Below, in pieces: positions 1-8,175 of a stretch of DNA of 64,000 nt. A program made the translations under genes and the position numbers. The DNA is from an uncultured delta proteobacterium (GTDB taxonomy: Bacteria > Myxococcota_A > Polyangia > Fen-1088). The DNA lies in NCBI GenBank assembly GCA_963737265.1, contig CAVTRY010000023.1:64001-128000 (forward strand). Reading direction: 5' to 3'. Each line of letters starts with the position of its first letter. The first letter of the stretch is position 1. The notes under the pieces were generated by a model. It saw only the letters and a program-made list of their open reading frames with translations, did not search any database and was not told the origin of the DNA.

Positions 1-306
1 ACCTGGGTCGCGGCCGGCGGAGCGGCGCTGGTCGGCGCAGGCGCCATCACGGCCGGCCTGACAATGCAATCCAAGTTCGACAGCCTCGACAAGTCCTGCG
101 GCAGCGCGACCGTCAACCGCCCCGGCTGCAGCGAAAGCGATATCGCCGCGGTTCGCTCCCGCGAAATCACGGCCAACATCCTTTGGGGCGTGGCGGGCGC
201 CGCAGCCGTGACCGCCGGCGTGCTGTTCTATGTCGAAGGCCGCCCGGTCAGCGTCTCGCCCCTCGCAGGCGGACCGACGGGTTTCATCGCCGCCGTGAGG
301 TACTAG
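1..306 (+). CDS. C-terminal part of a PEGA/TPR-type membrane-associated protein (5' truncated by window edge)
   Basis: Open frame to TAG at 304-306. Two hydrophobic helices flank a C-x8-C loop, and the end VSVSPLAGG..F..AVRY is typical of myxobacterial TPR/PEGA proteins. Confidence 0.55.
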   Translation, partial: TWVAAGGAALVGAGAITAGLTMQSKFDSLDKSCGSATVNRPGCSESDIAAVRSREITANILWGVAGAAAVTAGVLFYVEGRPVSVSPLAGGPTGFIAAVRY

Positions 307-344
307 CCTTGCCAGCGCAATCCTTCTCTCTTGTCGTCACCCCG

Positions 345-1688
345 ATGCCCAAGCAGAAGATCGAACCGCCGTCAGGATTCGCCAAGCGTCTTCTGGTGAT
401 CCCGGCCAGCTTCGTCGTCGTTTCCGTGCTTGGAATGGCTTGCTCGTTCGACGCTAGCAAGCTGCGCGGGAAAGGCCCAGCCGAGGCCGGCATCGCCGAT
501 CGGCCGCTGGACCTAAACAGGAGCAACGACGCCATGACCTTCCAAGCGGAAACGGACGGCACGGCCACGCCCCCTGACGGCTACGCCGAGCTGCACACGG
601 AGAGCGCTGTCGACGCCGACCGTGACGCGACGATAGACGCACCCGCCAGCACTGGCGGCGTGGCTGGCAGCGGGAGCGACGCGACCGACAGCGTGGTTGG
701 CGCGGGTGGCGTCGCCGGGACCAACGGTGACCCTACTGGCGGCACGATTGGAACCGGCGGCGTCAGCACGGACGTACAAGGAAGCACCGGCGGCATGCTT
801 GGAACTGGCGGCAACGACGCGACCGGCGGCACGGCAGAACCTGGTGGCACCGATGGCAGCATCGGGATAGCGGCGTCGGGCTCAGGCGGCCAGCAGAACA
901 TCGATGCCGCACCCGACGCCTCTGCTTCCGACCGACCTCTCTCTCCGACCGACGTTGGCGGCGGCTTGGATGCAGGCCAAGCGTTGACGCTGGTGTGGTC
1001 CGACGAATTCGATGGACCTGCAAATACCGGTGTTGACCCCACGAAGTGGTCCTATATCACTTGGGATCCAGACACGGTCAATAACGAGGTGCAGAAGTAC
1101 ACGAATCTCCCGGACAACGTGTTTCTCGACGGAAGCGGGCACCTGGTCATTCGCGCACTCAAAATGGCCGCCGGGCCATACCCCTATACATCTGGGCGAA
1201 TCGAAACCGACGGCAAGGTCTCGTTCGGCCCCGCGCACCGCATCGAGGTCAGCGCGAAGTTGCCCGCTGGAATCGGCTCCTTCCCCGGCATCGTGATGAA
1301 CGGAACGAGCGGAAACTGGCCACAATGTGGAGAGCTCGCCATCATGGAACAATGGGGACAGGACAAGACTTGGTTCTACGCGACCTCGTATGCTGACTCC
1401 GTCGCCAACGGCAACTCGGGCAACATCAAGTACACCTTTCCCAAAGCCACCACGGCCAGCTCCGACTTCCACCTCTACGCGCTCGACTGGTACAGCGATC
1501 ACCTCGTGTTCCAGGTGGACGGCAATCAGATCCTCAGTCAGCCATACGCCACCACGTCCCCGTTCCACAACATTCCAGAGTCCATCACTCTCGACCTGGC
1601 ACTGGGAGGAAACATGGGAGGTACCATCGACCCCAATGGCTTTCCGATGGTCATGGTCGTCGACTACGTGCGCGTGTACGCGTTCTGA
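345..1688 (+). CDS. Lipoprotein with Gly/Thr/Asp-rich linker and C-terminal glycoside hydrolase family 16 (laminarinase-like) domain
   Basis: Lipobox LGMAC; LVWSDEFDG, NNEVQKYT, YTSGRIET, WPQCGELAIME, FHLYALDW and MVVDYVRVY are GH16 motifs. Confidence 0.85.
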   Translation: MPKQKIEPPSGFAKRLLVIPASFVVVSVLGMACSFDASKLRGKGPAEAGIADRPLDLNRSNDAMTFQAETDGTATPPDGYAELHTESAVDADRDATIDAPASTGGVAGSGSDATDSVVGAGGVAGTNGDPTGGTIGTGGVSTDVQGSTGGMLGTGGNDATGGTAEPGGTDGSIGIAASGSGGQQNIDAAPDASASDRPLSPTDVGGGLDAGQALTLVWSDEFDGPANTGVDPTKWSYITWDPDTVNNEVQKYTNLPDNVFLDGSGHLVIRALKMAAGPYPYTSGRIETDGKVSFGPAHRIEVSAKLPAGIGSFPGIVMNGTSGNWPQCGELAIMEQWGQDKTWFYATSYADSVANGNSGNIKYTFPKATTASSDFHLYALDWYSDHLVFQVDGNQILSQPYATTSPFHNIPESITLDLALGGNMGGTIDPNGFPMVMVVDYVRVYAF

Positions 1689-1714
1689 AGAAGCGTCCAG
1701 AAATCAGAGCGGCG

Positions 1715-1855
1715 TCACTGCCCCGCATACCGAATTCGCCACACGCACTCGCCACCGTCGTCGGACACCAGCAGCGAGCCGTCCTGGGCGACCGCAATTC
1801 CCACCGGCCGGCCCCACACGTTTCCGTCGGCAGTGACGAATCCGGTGAGGAAGTC
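1715..1855 (-). pseudogene. Orphan C-terminal fragment of a PQQ-dependent sugar/sorbosone dehydrogenase
   Basis: Minus-strand translation DFLTGFVTADGNVWGRPVGIAVAQDGSLLVSDDGGECVWRIRYAGQ* with no 5' gene body. Confidence 0.7.
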
Positions 1856-1871
1856 TTTGCATGGGCCTAAT

Positions 1872-3278
1872 CTAAGAATGCTCGCGCACGTGGCTTTCGC
1901 TCAAGGCATGCGCATCCGCGAGCGGCTTGCGATAAAGCTTCGCGTATTTCTCTTGCCACACCGGCTCGGAAAGCTTTTCCCATTGAGAAGCATAGGAGAG
2001 CAGGCGCGGCTGAAGATCGCTCACCAAGCGAAACGCGCCTCCGCGACAGGTTTCGCGCGGCTTGGCTTCGTCGATGACATCCTTGAGGACCTCGGGATTG
2101 TCGATGATCATGCACGGGCGCAGGTAGTTGTCGCTGTAGGGTTGCCGCTTGCGGATCGCCGCCAGCAACTTCGAGCTGCGCAGGGTTTCCAGCAGACTCT
2201 TTTCATGCAGGTTGTCCGTCGAGATCTGGCAGAAAACACAAGGCTCGACATCACCGCTGTTGTTGATGTGCAAGTAGCGGCGTCCCCCAGCGATGCAACC
2301 GCCGACCAACGGACCGTCGTTCCAAAAGTCGGCCAGCAGGATGCCGCTCCGCTGGCGCCATTCGAGCAGGCGATGCATTCGCGACAGGCGCTGCTCGGGC
2401 GTGGGCACGAGATCCCAGACGGGCTCGCGACCAATCGGCATGTATTGGAAATACCAGCCGAGAAGCGCGCCCTGCTGGACGTAGAAGTTAACAAACTCGT
2501 CGCTGGTAATCAGTTCGTTGTTCTCCCGAGTTGCGGTGGCCGAAAATCCGAAGGGAATGCCGGCCTGGCGCAGACGGGCAAAAGCGCCGAGCAGCTTTGG
2601 GAAATGGCCGTTTCCACGTCGGCGATCGGTCTCCGCCTCGAAGCCCTCGACGCTGATACAGGGCATGACGTTGCCCAATTCAGCCAGCCGCTCGACGTTC
2701 TTTTCCGTCAGCGTGACCCCCGAGGTGTACACCTGAAACCAGACGTCGTCGTGCTTCTTCCATAGGTCGAAGATTCCGTCGTACGTGAACGGCTCGCCCC
2801 CCGATACGACGATGAAGTAACTTCCGAGGGACTTGGCCTCGGCAACCGTCCGGTCGAGGGTTTCGTAGTCCAAGTCCGAATCGCGGGCGTACTCGGCCGA
2901 GTAGCACCCGTAGCATCGCAAGGGACAACGCATGGTGGGCGAGATCACCAATAACAGCGGAATTTCGTAGCCGAGTTGTTCGGTGATCCAGTTGCGCTGG
3001 GCCTGTCCCCGTACCATTTCGTTGATGATGAGGTTCTGAATCATCTTCTTTCGACAGTTGGGATTGGCATGGGCCAGGGCACGCTTCAGCGAAAGGAGTG
3101 CCTTTTCCAGGAACCTTTGCCCCATTGGAAATTGATTCGATCCCGCCAGACGGCGAACGGTCCATAGCAGCCACTCGTCCGGAAGATGCGTGGAAGCCCT
3201 GATGATTCCAGAGAGCAATGCAGACTTCGCACTCAAAGAAGTCCGCTTGGACCAGGGAAGGTTTCTCGCAATTTCCAT
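1872..3278 (-). CDS. Radical SAM protein with SPASM/twitch-like C-terminal cysteines
   Basis: CPLRCYGC (CxxxCxxC), SGGEPF, GCIAGG..LHIN..GDVEPC, RPCMIID. Confidence 0.9.
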   Translation of the reverse strand: MEIARNLPWSKRTSLSAKSALLSGIIRASTHLPDEWLLWTVRRLAGSNQFPMGQRFLEKALLSLKRALAHANPNCRKKMIQNLIINEMVRGQAQRNWITEQLGYEIPLLLVISPTMRCPLRCYGCYSAEYARDSDLDYETLDRTVAEAKSLGSYFIVVSGGEPFTYDGIFDLWKKHDDVWFQVYTSGVTLTEKNVERLAELGNVMPCISVEGFEAETDRRRGNGHFPKLLGAFARLRQAGIPFGFSATATRENNELITSDEFVNFYVQQGALLGWYFQYMPIGREPVWDLVPTPEQRLSRMHRLLEWRQRSGILLADFWNDGPLVGGCIAGGRRYLHINNSGDVEPCVFCQISTDNLHEKSLLETLRSSKLLAAIRKRQPYSDNYLRPCMIIDNPEVLKDVIDEAKPRETCRGGAFRLVSDLQPRLLSYASQWEKLSEPVWQEKYAKLYRKPLADAHALSESHVREHS

Positions 3279-3564
3279 GGTGGATCACTCCACGACGCCG
3301 AGCGCTACAGCGTCATTTTCAGTTGAGTTTCTGTGTAGTTTGGCCGCTGTTCGGCTCAAGCGCAAAAACGATATCACGGCCTACAGAAATTCAAATAGTT
3401 TGTCAACGGGCCGACTATCTGACCGGTGTGGCGGGCGATGACAGATCGAAGGAGATCGGGAAAAATGATGGACAGCAGTCCCCATGTCGGGCTAGTTGAG
3501 GCTGGGAAAAATAGCGACGACAGGTTTGCGTGTGCCGCCGCTGCGAAGGAGGGGAACGCCAAAA

Positions 3565-4977
3565 ATGAGAATCCAGCTCATCTACCCGGATCCGAACCCC
3601 CGCGTCGGGCTCAGCGGGCGAAAGATCGAGAGCGCGGCACTCCAGTTGCTGGCCGCGCTCACGCCGCCCGAGCACGAGGTGTCGATCGTGCAAGAACATT
3701 TGGGCGACCCCGTTCGCTTCGACGACCCCCGCGTCGATTTGGTCGGAATCACGGCCATGACGATCCAGGCCCGCCGTGCCTACGAGATCGCCGACAGCTA
3801 TCGAAGCGCGGGCAAGCCTGTGGTCCTCGGCGGAATTCACCCGTCGGTCCAGCCGGACGAAGCCCTCCGCCACGCCGACGCGGTTGTGGTGGGCGAGGTC
3901 GAGCCGGTTTGGTCGCAGGTTCTCGCCGACGCGGCGACCGGCCAGCTGCGCGGCATCTATCGCGGGAAAGACTTCGCCGATCTCACCCAACTGCCGCCCT
4001 ACCGGCGCGAAGTATTAGCCAAGCGCTCGTCGCTCTCGCTCCGATCGGTGCAGGCAGCGCGCGGCTGTCCTTACGACTGCTCGTTTTGTTCGGCGACGTT
4101 GTTCACCGGCCGCAAGTATCGCTTCCGCCCGGTGGAAAACGTCATCGCCGAGGTCAAGGCGCTGCAAACTCGCTTTATCTTCTTCCTCGACGACAACATC
4201 TTCTCCAATGAGGCCTACTGCCGCGCGCTTTTTTCCGAGCTCAAGAAGTTGAGCGTGATTTGGGTCGGGCAGGCCTCCTTGCATCTCACCGCGAGCAACC
4301 CCGGCCTGCTCAAGCTAGCGGCCGAAAGTGGTTGCGTCTCCCTTTTTGTCGGCATCGAGTCGCTCTCCGAGTCCAACCTGCGAGCGACCGGGGCGCTGGC
4401 GAAGAACAAGGTCAGCACGCCCGCCGAAATGGCGGCCAGCATCGGCGTGCTGCACGATCACGCCATTATGGTCATGGCCGGCGTGATCTTCGGCTTCGAC
4501 GATGACGATCCGGACGTCTTCGATCGCACGCGCGAATTCCTTTTCGATTGCGGCGTCGGCCTCGGATCGTTTTCTACCCTGACACCTTTCCCGGGTACCC
4601 GGCTGTTCGAGGAGTTGCACGCCCAGTCGCGCATCACGACCTACGAATGGGCGAAGTACGACGGCGCGACCGCCGTGTTTGTGCCCAAGCTGATGACCGG
4701 CGAAGAGCTGCAAGAGGGCACGCGCCGCATCGGTGTACACTTCTACAGCACCCCGAAAATCCTTCGCCGCTTCTGGACCAACCGCCATCATCCCTTCATT
4801 TACCTCGCCACCAGCTTCGCCTGGAGGCACTCGTGCAGGAAGGAGAACCACGTGCCTTTCTTGACTCCGAGTGGGCTGTGGCAGAGGAGCGCGAAGAAGT
4901 CGCCCGCACCGGGACTCGGCGGCGCGGCCGAGCCGCGGCTGCTGGCGCCGCCCGACCAAGACCCTATCTCAAAGTAG
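3565..4977 (+). CDS. B12-binding radical SAM protein (class B methyltransferase-like)
   Basis: RBS AGGAGG upstream; N-terminal B12-binding motif VVLGGIHPS..DAVVVGEVE; RGCPYDCSFC; FLDDNI; VGIES; TPFPGT. Confidence 0.9.
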   Translation: MRIQLIYPDPNPRVGLSGRKIESAALQLLAALTPPEHEVSIVQEHLGDPVRFDDPRVDLVGITAMTIQARRAYEIADSYRSAGKPVVLGGIHPSVQPDEALRHADAVVVGEVEPVWSQVLADAATGQLRGIYRGKDFADLTQLPPYRREVLAKRSSLSLRSVQAARGCPYDCSFCSATLFTGRKYRFRPVENVIAEVKALQTRFIFFLDDNIFSNEAYCRALFSELKKLSVIWVGQASLHLTASNPGLLKLAAESGCVSLFVGIESLSESNLRATGALAKNKVSTPAEMAASIGVLHDHAIMVMAGVIFGFDDDDPDVFDRTREFLFDCGVGLGSFSTLTPFPGTRLFEELHAQSRITTYEWAKYDGATAVFVPKLMTGEELQEGTRRIGVHFYSTPKILRRFWTNRHHPFIYLATSFAWRHSCRKENHVPFLTPSGLWQRSAKKSPAPGLGGAAEPRLLAPPDQDPISK

Positions 4978-4986
4978 GTTAATGGC

Positions 4987-5943
4987 GTGTCGAACCGCGC
5001 GGCCGCTTCCCGATCCCTGGCGCAGAGAATCCGAGGTTCCCTGCCCTCGTTCTTCGATCTTGCCAAGGTCGGATTCCGGTTCTTCGGCTTGCCGCGGAAC
5101 GCGTTCGGGTCGATCGACGTCACTGAAAAGTGCAACCTGCACTGCAAGCACTGCTACTTCTTCGAGCACGACCAGCCGGAGCAGGCGCTGAGCGTCGACG
5201 ACTGGGTGGCGTTGCTCGAGCGCTGGAAGCGAACCCGCTCGCGCTGGGAGTTTCCCTTCTTTCAGTGCTCGTGGGTGGGCGGCGAGCCGCTTTTGCGCCC
5301 GGAAGTCATCGAGCGCTGCCGGAGGTACTTTCGCTACAACCTGGTGGTCACCAACGGAACCCTGCCCCTGCCCGACTGGCCCGACATGGACTTCTATGTA
5401 TCCATCGACGGCGACGAGGAAATCCACGAAGATGTGCGCCAGCGCAAGGGCATCTACCGTCGGATCAAACAGAACGTGCTCGCGCGTGGCCGAGGTCGCG
5501 TGACCATCTCGTGTTGCATCACCCGGCTCAACGCCCATTGCATCGAGAAAATCGTGGAAGAATGGGCACCGCTCGCCGCCGGCTTCACCTTTGACTTCTA
5601 CACGCCAATGGAGGGCCGAGACGATCCGCTGTGGATCTCTTGGCGCGAACGCGACCAGGTCATAGGCCGGCTGCTCGACCTACGCCGGGTCTATCCCGAC
5701 AGCTTGAAGGTCACGGAGCGCGCGTTGCAACTAATGTACTCGGACACCGCCGCCGCCGTGACTCGGGATTGCCTGTTTGCCAAAAAGGCTTTCGCCTACA
5801 ACGCCCTTGGCGAGCTCAAGCAGAAGTGCATGATGGGCGTCAAGGCCGACTGCTCGCGCTGTGGTTGTATCGTTCCTTTCTATTTGCACTCCATGACCCA
5901 CCGCCGCCCGGCGCCGCGCCGAGAACGCCAGGAAAAGCCCTGA
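4987..5943 (+). CDS. Radical SAM protein
   Basis: CNLHCKHC, GGEPLL, VTNGT, VSIDG and C-terminal Cys cluster KCMMGVKADCSRCGC; 9 bp after the previous gene. Confidence 0.88.
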   Translation: MSNRAAASRSLAQRIRGSLPSFFDLAKVGFRFFGLPRNAFGSIDVTEKCNLHCKHCYFFEHDQPEQALSVDDWVALLERWKRTRSRWEFPFFQCSWVGGEPLLRPEVIERCRRYFRYNLVVTNGTLPLPDWPDMDFYVSIDGDEEIHEDVRQRKGIYRRIKQNVLARGRGRVTISCCITRLNAHCIEKIVEEWAPLAAGFTFDFYTPMEGRDDPLWISWRERDQVIGRLLDLRRVYPDSLKVTERALQLMYSDTAAAVTRDCLFAKKAFAYNALGELKQKCMMGVKADCSRCGCIVPFYLHSMTHRRPAPRRERQEKP

Positions 5944-5968
5944 CCGGCCGGGCTCCAGCTTATGGCTC

Positions 5969-6064
5969 TCAGGCAGCGGCGTTTGGGGGCGCTTCGCCCT
6001 CGAACAGCTGTTCATCGCTCACTGCTGGGGGATTGTGATCGTATTCGACGATTAGGTAGGGCAT
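5969..6064 (-). CDS. 31-aa small ORF (peptide or truncated gene remnant)
   Basis: MPYLIVEYDHNPPAVSDEQLFEGEAPPNAAA*, preceded by a strong SD (CAGGAGGAAGCC-ATG). Confidence 0.4.
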   Translation of the reverse strand: MPYLIVEYDHNPPAVSDEQLFEGEAPPNAAA

Positions 6065-6238
6065 GGCTTCCTCCTGCGCGAAGTCTACGGGATGAAAAAG
6101 GTGGCGGCATCTCGGAGGTAGATCGAGGAGAGATTTCTCGTTTCCTCGGCGATGGATCCAACATCCTACCAATCGCGCTATCGCCCGTGCCGTTCCCGGC
6201 GGGGGGGCGACGCGAAGGTTCGTCAAGGAGGTCATCCC

Positions 6239-6604
6239 ATGAGCACATTTGAATTGGCCAAGAAGTTCGTCTCGCTATGCCAGCAGCACAAAGATTCCGA
6301 GGCGCTGCTGACCATGTTCGACAAGGACGCCGTGAGCGTGGAGGCGGCGGCCATGCCCAACCTGCCGCAAGAGATACGTGGCATCCCTGCGATCCAGGGC
6401 AAGGGCCAGTGGTGGACCGACAACCACGAGGTCCACTCCGCCACCGTGGACGGTCCGTACCCGAACGGAGATCGGTTCGCCGTGCGCTTCGGCTACGACA
6501 TCACCCGAAAGGCGACTGGCGAGCGCATCAAGATGGATGAGGTCGCGCTCTACACGGTCCGCGGCGGCAAGATCGTCCGTGAGGAGTTCTTCTACCCCAC
6601 CTGA
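6239..6604 (+). CDS. SnoaL-like / NTF2-family protein
   Basis: SD AAGGAGG; MSTFELAKKFVSLC..DAVSVEA..GPYPNGDRFAVRF..MDEVALYTVRGGKIVREEFFY. Confidence 0.85.
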   Translation: MSTFELAKKFVSLCQQHKDSEALLTMFDKDAVSVEAAAMPNLPQEIRGIPAIQGKGQWWTDNHEVHSATVDGPYPNGDRFAVRFGYDITRKATGERIKMDEVALYTVRGGKIVREEFFYPT

Positions 6605-6720
6605 CAGACTGGTTGGCGAGGCGGTCCCGGTGCCGATTTCAGTGCCTGGCACCGACGTCTCCAGGTGGCGAGGATGTCGCACGAGCGATTCACGAGCGCA
6701 AAAGTTGCCTCGGCTGTCCA

Positions 6721-6753
6721 CCCTCTCCCTTCGGGAGAGGGCCTGGGTGAGGG
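6721..6753. repeat. REP-like palindromic intergenic element
   Basis: CCCTCTCCC-TTC-GGGAGAGGG hairpin followed by CCTGGGTGAGGG, a widespread proteobacterial dispersed-repeat type. Confidence 0.65.
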
Positions 6754-6849
6754 TACTGCATTGCACGTCGTGTACGGTTTCGGGGTGCTTGGCCGCGCGG
6801 GAGAAATCCGGCTGCCTCGAATTAGGTAGCCTGGAAACGGACGAAAGGC

Positions 6850-6999
6850 ATGGCACAAAAAATGAACAGGCTCTTACTATTGCTCCTCCTTGGCGCGATT
6901 GGACTCGGTAGTTGCTACGTTGGGACGCGCGGTGGACGCGAGCACCATGGATATGGTGGGGGCAGGCGTGGCGGGTGCGGATTCTCATGCGAGCCCTAA
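6850..6999 (+). CDS. 49-aa small Gly-rich lipoprotein (below the ORF-track cut-off)
   Basis: GAAAGG SD; MAQKMNRLLLLLLLGAIGLGSC|YVGTRGGREHHGYGGGRRGGCGFSCEP*, with lipobox LGSC. Confidence 0.6.
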   Translation: MAQKMNRLLLLLLLGAIGLGSCYVGTRGGREHHGYGGGRRGGCGFSCEP

Positions 7000-7007
7000 T
7001 CGGTCGC

Positions 7008-7395
7008 ATGCCCATCGACTACTTCAATGCCATCGTGGCTTCATTTCTGATCGCCTCCTTGCCGCTGATTCTGCATGGGAGGCCCTGGCTGCTTCGCGAG
7101 CACGCCGCCTTTGTGGCCGGAATGGCCGCGTTGACCCTTGTTTGCGCCCTGGCCGCGCCGCTGTACACACGTTGGTACCACTACATGCGTCGCCCGACTG
7201 CATCCCCTCGGCCTCGTGTTCTACGCCGCGTCCACCATGCTGTGCGTGCCGAACTCGATGGCCGGCGAAGGCGTGGCCCTGGGCGCACAAGCCGGCGAAG
7301 GTCGCCTGCGCCGCGTAGCCCTGGAAGGCGGCTTCACCCGCTTCCGCCGCGCCGCCGAGACGCCGTTCAACTTGGTGCTGGAGCCGCGCCCTTAG
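7008..7395 (+). pseudogene. Chimeric relic: membrane-protein N-terminus joined out of frame to the C-terminal tail of a class I SAM methyltransferase
   Basis: MPIDYFNAIVASFLIASLPL.. (two hydrophobic segments), then in another frame LHPLGLVFYAASTMLCVPNSMAGEGVALGAQAGEGRLRRVALEGGFTRFRRAAETPFNLVLEPRP*. Confidence 0.6.
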
Positions 7396-7414
7396 CTTAG
7401 AAGACCTTCGAATG

Positions 7415-7446
7415 AAAAGGGTCGATCCTTTGCGGGATCGCCCTTT
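7415..7446. terminator. Rho-independent (possibly bidirectional) terminator
   Basis: AAAAGGGTCGATCC-loop-GGATCGCCCTTT stem-loop. Confidence 0.6.
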
Positions 7447-7544
7447 GGCTTAGGTACCAGAAAGGTCTATGGGCAAGCCACCGCGGTTTGGTCGTAGTCA
7501 CCACATTTGAAGTAGAAGAACCCCAACACGACTACATGCCACCC

Positions 7545-7937
7545 ATGAATCCACTCCGCGTTCACCACATCGCGCTCAAGGTCGTCGACCTCGCGGCCGC
7601 GGAGGCCTTCTATGTTGGCGTGCTGGGATTGCCAGTGCTCCGGCGTTGGCCGTCGGCCGACGGAGCTGGCGAGCGCTCATTGTGGTTGAACCTCGGCGCC
7701 GGATCCTTTCTGGCGCTGGAACGGGCCGGCCAGGGCGACGGACGCGTGGACGAAGAAGCCCCAGGATTTCATCTCGTGGCCTTGCACATCGACGCAAGCC
7801 AGCGAACGGCGTGGATTGCGAAACTCGCGCAAGCTGGCCACCCGATCTACAACCAGACGCCCCACACCATCTACGTCCGCGATCCCGAGGGCAATCGCAT
7901 CGGCCTTTCGCACTGGCCACGGGAAGCACTAGCGTGA
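7545..7937 (+). CDS. VOC/glyoxalase family protein (3' end interrupted by IS)
   Basis: VHHIALKVVDL..FYVGVLGL, GFHLVAL, IYVRDPEGNRIGL. Confidence 0.88.
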   Translation: MNPLRVHHIALKVVDLAAAEAFYVGVLGLPVLRRWPSADGAGERSLWLNLGAGSFLALERAGQGDGRVDEEAPGFHLVALHIDASQRTAWIAKLAQAGHPIYNQTPHTIYVRDPEGNRIGLSHWPREALA

Positions 7938-8175
7938 GTTTACCGGAAGAGCCCAGTTTCAGTCGCTAGGCCAGGTCGCCGGGACCACTGCTTTCCGTCG
8001 GTGACCACGGTAGTCGCCCGTGTGCGCACATCGTATATACTAACTTAATATGCACGAGGGTCACCGACAGGCCAGCCGTCGGCCCAGCCGTCGGCCATAT
8101 TCCAGCGTAAATGCGATACTTGATGACATGAAAAATTGCTTGTCCCGGTCTATTCCCATGGTGTATATACTAACT

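Noticed and set aside
8050-8175. Longer transposase N-terminus
   Set aside because: Family-like sequence begins at MASLQ (8176); the upstream part overlaps repeats and promoter-like DNA.
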